Source of the DNA: Paraspadella gotoi
Lineage: Eukaryota > Animalia > Chaetognatha
Direction of reading: 5' to 3'
Length of the DNA stretch: 64,000 nt
Assembly (NCBI GenBank): GCA_051294375.1
Contig: CM119265.1
Location: 15,042,963 to 15,106,962, forward strand
The position numbers and the translations under genes were made by a program. Shown here one piece after another: positions 55,201 through 64,000 of this stretch (position 1 is the stretch's first letter; the number at the start of each line of letters is the position of its first letter). The notes under the pieces are model-generated. The model was given only the letters and a program-made list of their open reading frames with translations, searched no databases and was not told where the DNA came from.

Positions 55201-58200
55201 GCCGAACGCTCTTGTATCCATTAGATAACCAAATCAACTTAGTCAAGACCATCTCCTCTCCTAGACACGCTAAGACTCTCGTTTTTTCAGGCGTATCGCT
55301 TGCTCTCTGTGTATACCAAAGGTTTAAATAAATTGGAGGTTAAAAGTCCTTAACCCGATTTTCTTTAGATATATCCACAAATTATCTATATTTACAATTT
55401 CATTCTTTTATATTTTGAAAATTTCAATACACTTTTCAATCGACGGATAACTTCACAAGTCTTTTTCGAAAAATCATATATTTATAAAAGACTAAAAGGA
55501 CCTTCTGGTTGCCTAGGAATTGGATAACGTCCCTACCGTCCTTCAACGATTATCGGGAACAATGTTCTTTAAAAAAGTTCCATCCAATCTTTCCAAACGC
55601 TCTAGAGAAGGACTACCGAGGGTAAGGTATTGAAGTAACTCAATTTTTATTTTATTTTAATAATGACCTTTAATATAGGAGTGAAGGAATAATCAGTTCG
55701 CTATTAACAATTCTTTGTCTGGTGTAGTCACTATGAGGTCATTTATTCTCCAAAATGAATTGAAGAATGACTGATCCTAAGAGTGTAGAATAGCTGTCAT
55801 GTGTCATTTAAAGATCTGAGAATAAGTCCCATATCAAAAAATCTCCTTATATTACCGCTGTCTGTGTTAATCTATCAGTTCTAGTCCAGTATGCAGTGCC
55901 TTCGATATATATTAGAGTCTAATCGCACGAAATTTTCGCTCCCCACTATACCCTCCTCACCATTTAGTGTTCCCGGGTGGGTGTTTTTTCTTCGCTCCCT
56001 AATTCAGGGTGGGGCCGCTACTCCAAAGGCAACGAGTTAACGGGGAGGGATGAGTTCAATATGGACGCTGCGCGCGGGGCCTGCGATAAACCTCTCTCCC
56101 TTCCTGACTAATACTTTCCTGGCATGTGGAAGATCGTCTCCTTCGGCATATCCCGAACCGCCTCACGAGAAGCGGGGGCGAAGCTCGTGCACCTGGATAG
56201 CGCGACCTCTAGTCACGCTCGCACGGGTGTCTTGCTTTTAACACCTGTGGAGCCGACAAGCACTTCGCCCATCGGGAACCAACTAGGATTATCTGGCGGG
56301 CTCCGTGTCGGTAAGCTGGACCTCTTTTTTCTGGTTGACAAACATTGCCACGTGTCCGGACACCTACAGGTTACTCCTTTTCCCACCCCCGAGACGTGTG
56401 ATAAGAAGAATCGACCGGATATAAGCTTCCCGCGGATTATTGATGGGGATGGAGTCTTTATGGATGCGAGTCGAATCTCTCATGTAATATATGTAAGAAC
56501 AAGATATTGCCGTGTATTCGAACTATTAACCTTGCTGTCTTACGTTCTATTTAACTCTCCGCCTCAAACCCTGCTTCTTTTCTATATCGACCTTCTATCG
56601 TCTTGGGGGAACAGACTCTCCGCTCCAAGCATTTCTGACTTGTCCTCGCGAGTTTTGCATTCAAACGGCGAGGCTAAAAGGTACTCTGAATTATGAGAGA
56701 TCATGGGTGACTCCACACCTAATTTCATTTGTGTGTGTCAGTTAGAAGTATCCAGAACAGAAGGAAAGAGAGCAGTGAGGAACAATAAACGGGGAGGCCG
56801 GTGCCTGGTGAGACCCCCCCCCCCCCCCCCTCAGAAAAGACTTTGAAGTTCTCGAAGTCAGGGGAGGATTTTACGAGGCAGGTGCGGGGAAACACCTGCC
56901 ACCTCCTCCGGGAATAAGAAAATAACAGGATCACTTGCTTCGACCTTCTGAACATCTTGGTCAGATTTCAATCGTCGAAAAGAGGCTTGATTTTAGGTCC
57001 GGATCGACCACACTTGATTGTGATTCTTGTGGGGCGAGAATCTGAACAGGCCTTTGAGTAGTTAATGTTTTAATTTAGTGTGTCTCTTCACTTCATATTA
57101 AAGAGGGTACTGTTTTTAATATTATTAGCCCCATTTCAATGTTTCTTTACTTGTGTGGGGCGATTAAATTAAAGCGGAAAATGAAAAACATGAACAATTT
57201 AGCGTCAACTTTGTGTATAATTACCACATAAATTGCCTGTCCGATATCAAAGATAAAAGGATGAAAAATATGTGTATATCAATTATGGTTTTTGCAAGGT
57301 GGGTGTATGTTATATTCACCTAATATTAGGTCATTTCAAGTCCTCGACTCATTTTAACAGTGATTTTGAGAGAGTATTTATATAAAAGCTCATTAATTAA
57401 AACTGAATTGATTTTTGACGGACCAACTTAAGAGAAAATTGGTAAAATTCTGAGGAATTGGATATCAGCTGGGGTGATTTTATTTTTTTAGGGTGTAGAG
57501 GTGGCTTGGGAAATTTGTCGGATTTAATGGCGAGAGGAAGATCAATGTTTCAACTAAATTCTAAATTTTTAGCTAAGTTTAGAATATGCTGGGGTTGTTC
57601 TGAATTGACTAATACTGACTGGGACTAATTCAATGAAATTTATCAGAGTTGCCAGCTTTGATGTCTCTCGCTCGAGAACTTGAGATTATAATCTTGGAGC
57701 TACTTTAATTTCAAAACATTTAGGGTTACATTCAAAAATCTTTTTTGTATCTTGGGATTCATAATAAAGGACTCAAAAAGGAATTACTATCGAAGTAATT
57801 AACATAAGTCTGGTTGTTCAGAAGAGGTAACTACCAGAAGGGGCGAGAGGTCGAGAGTTAGTTTTGATTACGCTTTCTTTAATGTAAATAAAGTGTGTTC
57901 TCGAGTCTCGTCGAACTTCTTGTCATTTGGTGTAGCAATAATATTAGTGATAATGTGGTTCCCGGATACGTGGGTTAATTGGTTTCTCTCTACTTTTAAA
58001 GAGTCAGCACTTTTAACCCGGATCGGCAAAAGGGAGGATAACTTTACATTTTTGTGCATTATTTTGTGGTATCCGAATGCATAATTAGGGGTTTATCTCA
58101 TGAATTTCACGACTTTCTCTCTCGTGTGCCACCCCGACTTCAAATCACCCAATTATAAGATAATTTCACAGTGAGTCTTTTCGTTTTCTGAAAAAAAAGT

Positions 58201-61200
58201 GAGAGAAAAACCATCATCGTGTGGCCTGTTCCTTTAAATTGTGCTTTTCCCCATTTCTTTTACATCTTTATTCCCATTTCAATCTCTAAAACAGGTTGCC
58301 AACCTTTCGTTTGGGGCTTTTGCGGGACTCGCATTGCCCAAGCGAGTCACTTCCCGGTCAAACTCATCGGTGGTTTGGCTGTGCGGCGACAGCTTGCTAT
58401 GGTGTGCTCGTTGTTCTTGAGATACCTTATCGGACCAATCCGGAGCCAAGGGCTTCGCGAGGTCCTAGTAGATTTTTTTGTCGATTTTTTAAATTTGTTT
58501 ATTGAATTGTGGGTTTTGACGTGACAATGAATACGTCTTAGTTTGGCCGAAATTCCTGAGGCGTTTGGACGATAGACTTGAATGAAACAGTTTCAGGTTA
58601 AATCGCTCGCTTTTATTGTTTATTAAATTAAATCTTTGTTTAACGCTTACGTTTAACCAAGGTGGTCGTCTCTGGGAAATTGCTGGGTCAACGAGCAAAA
58701 GCAATGGAAAAGTTCGTTGATGGTAAGTAAAATTTAGGCCCCGCCGGTCAATATGCACACCTTTTGTTTAAATTTTTTTTCCTCAAAACTATCGTAGACC
58801 GTAGTTATAACAAACGAATTCTTTTCAGGCTTATGATACCATAGCGGTAACCCCCCCGTCAATGATACGTTGATTACTGCCGTTTCGACACGTTCCTCTT
58901 CGTCAGGGAGTTCTGGAAATTAAGGTTTCTATAATTATATTTATTCCCTTTTTTGTTCTTGGGGTCTTTTTGAGCGTCTCATATTTTATTTTCCAATAGT
59001 TTACCGGTCAAAAATTTCATGCTCCCCACTCGATTCGCGACCGGGCGGTAAATATTAGATGGGTTCCGAAAAACTCGGCTTTGTACCTGGGTCAATAAGC
59101 ATTCTAGACATTTTTATTCGCTCTGATTGCTATCATTATTATCATTGATTCTTAAACTTCCTTTCCTTTCAGATCACTGTCTCTATTCGTCGAACCCAAA
59201 AAGAGGACAGGAAATTATTCCTGACCAACCGTATTCGGAGCAAAAAGGCAGCAAGCTTCCCGAGCAGATTCAGCCCCCCCAACAGCAGCCTGTTGCAGTC
59301 CCAGTCCCCAGTGTCTAAAATCGAAGGACAGCAAAAGAAACGCACACGGAACCGGTTGCAGATAGCTTTCCAACTTGACGTACGAATGGATTTTAAAATG
59401 ATTGTGAATGATATCTGGACTCGCATTTTGTCTTAACTGCTTCCAGTTTGTTGAAATTTAATAAAGTCGAATGTTTTATATGCCGCACGTTTTTATTTCA
59501 CAATGACAAAAACGGCAGTTCTGTTAGCTTTTATATATATACTAAGAACTATGTTACTAGTTTTATTATTTCTTAATGAGTGCCAGAGCACAAAATAAGG
59601 TTAGCGGCATAAGCTCATGAAAACTACACGGTACACACAGAAGGCTAAAATGAGGTAACCGTTTTTTGTGACCAGAATCTGTTCACAAACTACCCGATCA
59701 TATTTCATGAAATTTGAATCGCTAATGACTTAGGGGTAGTTTGGCTCATGAGGGTGAGGGTAATAATTTTTAAAAAGATTTTTAAATTTTTTAAAACGCC
59801 AAAATAGTGGTCGGTGAGAGTAAAATTAAACTAAAAATTTTAACAAATAAAGAATATTCATTTATTTTAATTTAAAATAACTAAATGTTTTTTAATCAAG
59901 CAAGTGATTTTGTAACTTTCATATTAATATTAATTAGGCTAGTATCCTCAGAAGAAAGTATTTTTGACAAAAAATATTTTAATACCAAAATCGATGATAG
60001 ATTGTTTGTGCCTCTTGGAAATTCGTTACTTTTTATTTACTTAAAATGGCGCTCAGATTTTGGAACAGGTTGGTAAGTTTTATTTATCAACAATTGGCGA
60101 AGAGGACGGGATAAAAATGTTTACAATTAAAAACGGTGTGGAATTAATTATTTAATTTCGAGTTTAAAACGTAAAATCTTGACTTAAAAACGATTATAAA
60201 CAACTCCCAACGCGGTTAAAAGCGTTGAACGCCTAGGGTCTTCAAGAGGCATAAGTTTCTCTCTCGCGAGACGTTTAAACAATAATATCGTCACATTCGA
60301 ATCAAATCTTCTCGGGAAACGGGCGAGGCAGAACCCAGATATTAACTCGTCGGCGAGTCCCACGGCCACGGTCGTGTCAAATGACGTCCGTAACTAACAT
60401 TTTTACCACCGGTCGGTCTTTGTTATCCATTTAATTTTGTTTTCCTTCTTTGGTCGTCACACTTGCGCAATAATATATTTTTTTGTTCAGTAATACAAAT
60501 TTTATAAATAATAATTGTTTTAAATTTATTTTAATTATTTTTATATTTGAGGTAGAAAATGAATTGTTTGTTTACGGTACGCGTTTTATAAGAAACAAAT
60601 TTCGGACATGGTTCAGCTTCAATGTTAGCCTTCATCAGCGGAAAAAACGAATTGATTTTTGAAACAAATATTTTCATAGACTTTCTCTCTTCAAACTTCA
60701 AAGTCTGTTAAAATTTTTTTTTTTCACAAATCAATTTGTTTTTGCGCTGATGGAGTTTACATTGAAGCCGAATCATATCCGAAATTTGTTTCTTAATAAA
60801 ACTAGTACGTAAACATAAGGAAAAAAAAAATTTTGATTTATATTTTTTAAACGGTTTACAATTGGGTTGGTTAGGGATTAGGGTGGTAAGGGTGGTTAGG
60901 AATTGTAATAAAAGTTTTTCTCCTTTTACCAGTATCTTTTTTTTTATTTTTGCGTAGTAAAATTTTTATATAAGTCGCTCATACATAAGAAGCGAAAAAA
61001 AAGATCGCAAAATCCTGGTCGGCAAATGTATAAATAAGCCACATTTAAATTTTTCGGCTATGATTCATCTTGCCCCTGATTTTGGATAGGTTTTGGTGTT
61101 TTAAGGTAAAGATCTACTATAAAATCAAAAAGGGCAGGGGTACAAAACTTTAATCTTGATATCTATTTTCAAGTAAAGGAATTTTTTAAATTTAATTTAA

Positions 61201-61473
61201 AAATTTTTTTTTTATCATCCTGAATTATTTTGATGGATTCGGATAGAGAACAAAAAGTTAAATAAAAAATGTAATTATAACTTTTTAAAATTATGTTTTT
61301 TAGTAAAATTTTAAAAACTGATAAATTAATGAAAAGGTAATAATTTTTAAGTTTTTCCTATTTTTCACCCACTTATGAGCAGAACATCAAAAAAAGAATT
61401 GTACTTTGGGTAAACAACTTTTTGCCAGCTACCGAATCCGATCTTTAAAAATTTTTTAGCCATTTCTATCTAT
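52278..61473 (+). other. Insertion-riddled duplicate of 45857-52177 (snoRNA host end, RPS10, RPS3), probable assembly artefact
   Basis: Begins right after the 100-N gap and is colinear with the upstream copy. It is very noisy at left and centre and near-identical beyond about 59.2 kb. Confidence 0.85.
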
Positions 61474-62198
61474 AAATATTAAAAATTAATATATAGGGTA
61501 TAAAGTCAATATTAGAATATTTGTCCACCTTAATTTGTTTAAAAATGTATAAATTTTCGTTTGAGCAGATATTCGATTAAAATTTTTGACCCAACTTACT
61601 GAGATAGGCCACCCCTATTTAAGGCCTCCATCCCTCTTACAAGATAATGACATCGCTTTCCATCAAGACTGTCCGTCTAGTTTATTCACTCCCAGAGTAC
61701 ATGGCTTCCCTATGTAGTATCTATATATGTATTCCCTCTATATATTATAGACTTTAAACGTCTATCCTAAAAAATTGGTTTGAAAATAAAACATCTTGAT
61801 ATTATTATTTCTTTTACTTATACAGAAAACAAAAGTTTAATTTTGGCGGGTTCAATTCGTCGGTAGGTGTCGCTCGGGCTTTTTCAACGTTCAGCGCCGA
61901 AACCGAATCAAAGCCGTTGTTCCTGCAACGGGCCTTTCAAACAGTTGAAGCCATCATTGCTTTATTATGGGTTTGGACATAGCGGGTGACGCGTTTCTCC
62001 GTTTTGTAATACGAATTGTATTGATATTGTTTTTCGGACGATTATCTTTGATGTGGGTGTATTTGACATTTTCTTATTTGAATTTTTTATTTATCTATAT
62101 TAATTTGTTGAAAATTTTGACTATTCACAAGTCGACGTCGGAAAAAAATTATTCTAAAACTGCTTCTTGGCTTTCCGAAAAAAAAGAAGCCAACGAAT

Positions 62199-63461
62199 AT
62201 GGAGTCCTCGCTCCTCAAATCCCACGAGGCCTTTAAGGCCCGCGCCCTGGCCACTCCAGTTGTGGAAAAGACAATCAAGAAAAAAGACGGTGGAAGCGGA
62301 AAGAACTCTCCCTCCTTATCACGACGCTCCACCCCGACCCCTTCGCCTGCGCCGAACTTTGATTATAAAACTAGCACCGGTTCTTCACAGTACAAGTTTA
62401 GGTAGTTCGCTGTGCACGCTTGTTGATGAGTTGAAAAAATTGTCCGTTTTACTAAAAGTTACTCATTCTCCATTTACTCTTCAGCGTTTTGGCGAAAATT
62501 GTCAAACATATGCGAACTCGACACCAGCAAGGGGATAGATATCCGCTGTCCCTTGAAGAGATTCTGGATGAAACTCACCAAACAGATCTGGGATTCAAGA
62601 CCAAAGGTTTTGTCCTAAGAATTTCCTTTTCTCACGGTTGTGGTTGAAGTTTAAACCACTTTTCCGGGTTACTTTTCCTTTCACTAATCTTTATTTAGTT
62701 TGGCTGGAAAACGAAGCCCTGGGAAATAACCCAAAGATCGAAATTGTGCCTCCGGAAGACGGTTCCGACAAGAAATACGGATTTAAACCTGCCATTCCTG
62801 TCAAAGACCGAAAGACGCTCTTGCAATATTTGGACAAGCAAGAGAGCGAAGGACTTGGTCAGTTTGGGAAGTTAATAGGCCAGTTATTAAATGGTGCCGG
62901 CCACATATGTGACAGTTTCTATATCTAACTATAAAAGTTTTGCTCCCATTTGTTCATAGTTTATTTTCTTTCATAGGCGGCGTCTTAATGGACGACATTG
63001 AGGAAGCGTTGCCCCACGCACAGAAGGCGATTCGCCGTCTGACGGAGGAGAATCACATCGCCACCGTCGCACGTTCTCAGGACAAGAAGCAAATCGTCTT
63101 CTTCAGGCCAAAAGGTAAGAGATGCTTATGCAAGTTTTTTTTTCGTTTACGTCTAATCAAATTTGGCAAATCCTTACACTGCTCTTTTAGGCCGAGAGTT
63201 TCGCGTGGACGAAGAGTTCGTAAAACTGTGGCGCGGGGTAGCCGTCGATGGCATTGACGACGGCAAAGTCGAGGAATACTTAAAGAAGCACGGAATTACC
63301 TCGATGGAGGACGTGGCGCCAGGCAAGAGGATCATCGGAAAAGATCTCAAACGGAAAAAGGGAAAATCGAAAGCTAAAATCGTTAACAATGAACATTTGA
63401 AAGACGTTTTCAAGATTATTCGGACAAGGCTGCCCTCGGCGGGAAAAAAATCGAAAATTGA
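62199..63461 (+). CDS. GTF2E2: General transcription factor IIE subunit beta
   Basis: [58 protein letters not shown] and [16 protein letters not shown] probable 1-nt error near 63410 hides NEHLKDVxQDYSD. Confidence 0.92.
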
Positions 63462-63587
63462 GGAGACTGTCTTTGCCGCTTTTTAATACTCGAGCTTACT
63501 GTGATAAAACTTAGCTCGCCGGGTGTGAGCAACTTACCATTTTTTCATTGTTATTCGTTTATAGAATAGTAAATCCTACAAAACGCT

Positions 63588-64000
63588 ATGAATCTCGAAC
63601 TTTTGGAAAACTTCGGCAGAATTATCCCGAAGACTACGATGGAGCGTTGGATTGTTTTTCGATGGCGCTCACGTGCCAATTTAATCGACAGGGAACGCTC
63701 CTTGCGGTCGGTTGCAACGATGGGAGACTAGTCATCTGGGATTTTTTGACCAGGGGTGAGTTTGAAACGGATATACCAGTAACCGCGTTTTATTGGTTTT
63801 ATTTAATTTTAAAGTGTTTTTTGTGAACTACAGGCATCGCTAAGCATATTAACGCTCATGTGCATCCGATTTGCTCACTTTCATGGACACGGAACGGCCG
63901 TCGCGTGGTTAGTGCGTCCACGGACAATTGCGTTTGCATTTGGGACGTTTTGACGGGAGATTGCGTCAAAAAATATCGGTTTCCCTCGCCAGTACTTAAA
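63588..64000 (+). CDS. RBBP5: RBBP5 (COMPASS/MLL WD40 subunit), 5' part
   Basis: MNLELLENFG(Q)NYPEDYDG, GTLLAVGCNDGRLVIWDFLTRGIAK and HVHPICSLSW. One apparent 1-nt error near 63617. Confidence 0.92.

Noticed and set aside
54840-59318. RPS10 and RPS3 pseudogenes and the 190-aa ORF at 56124-56696
   Set aside because: They lie in the noisy duplicate; the error pattern indicates an assembly or sequencing artefact.
63400-63620. Programmed frameshifts in GTF2E2 and RBBP5 (also the RPS3 last exon)
   Set aside because: Single-base losses at short homopolymers in an assembly that shows many such indels.

Overview
AT-rich, intron-rich eukaryotic (probably invertebrate metazoan) genomic DNA. Protein genes, read by hand across GT-AG introns: lamin (-, runs off the left edge), Aurora kinase (-), a divergent 10-exon beta-tubulin (+), MED14, RPS2, RPS10, RPS3, GTF2E2 and the start of RBBP5 (all +). 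The main hidden structure is a ~19-kb same-strand block, MED14-RPS2-[non-coding multi-exon segment]-RPS10-RPS3. Its introns carry about 35 box C/D snoRNA candidates, most with rRNA-antisense guides I recognise (U59, snR57, U32, U33, U34, U27, U43, U18, U22, SNORD12, U74, U42, U58, U60, snR39B, U51, U96, U80, U82 and U15-like), plus a few H/ACA candidates. The ORF-free 40.1-47.1 kb interval looks like a UHG/GAS5-type snoRNA host gene. Very short intergenic gaps with apparently unpaired 3' splice sites suggest operon-like, possibly SL trans-spliced, transcription. A 10-kb palindrome in the tubulin gene and a noisy duplicate at 52.3-61.5 kb are most likely assembly artefacts. Several repeat families are present: a tRNA-derived SINE, HINE-like elements, TIR elements with TTAGGG-like interiors, and a ~322-bp repeat. 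All snoRNA family names come from recalled rRNA and snoRNA sequences, not from a database search.
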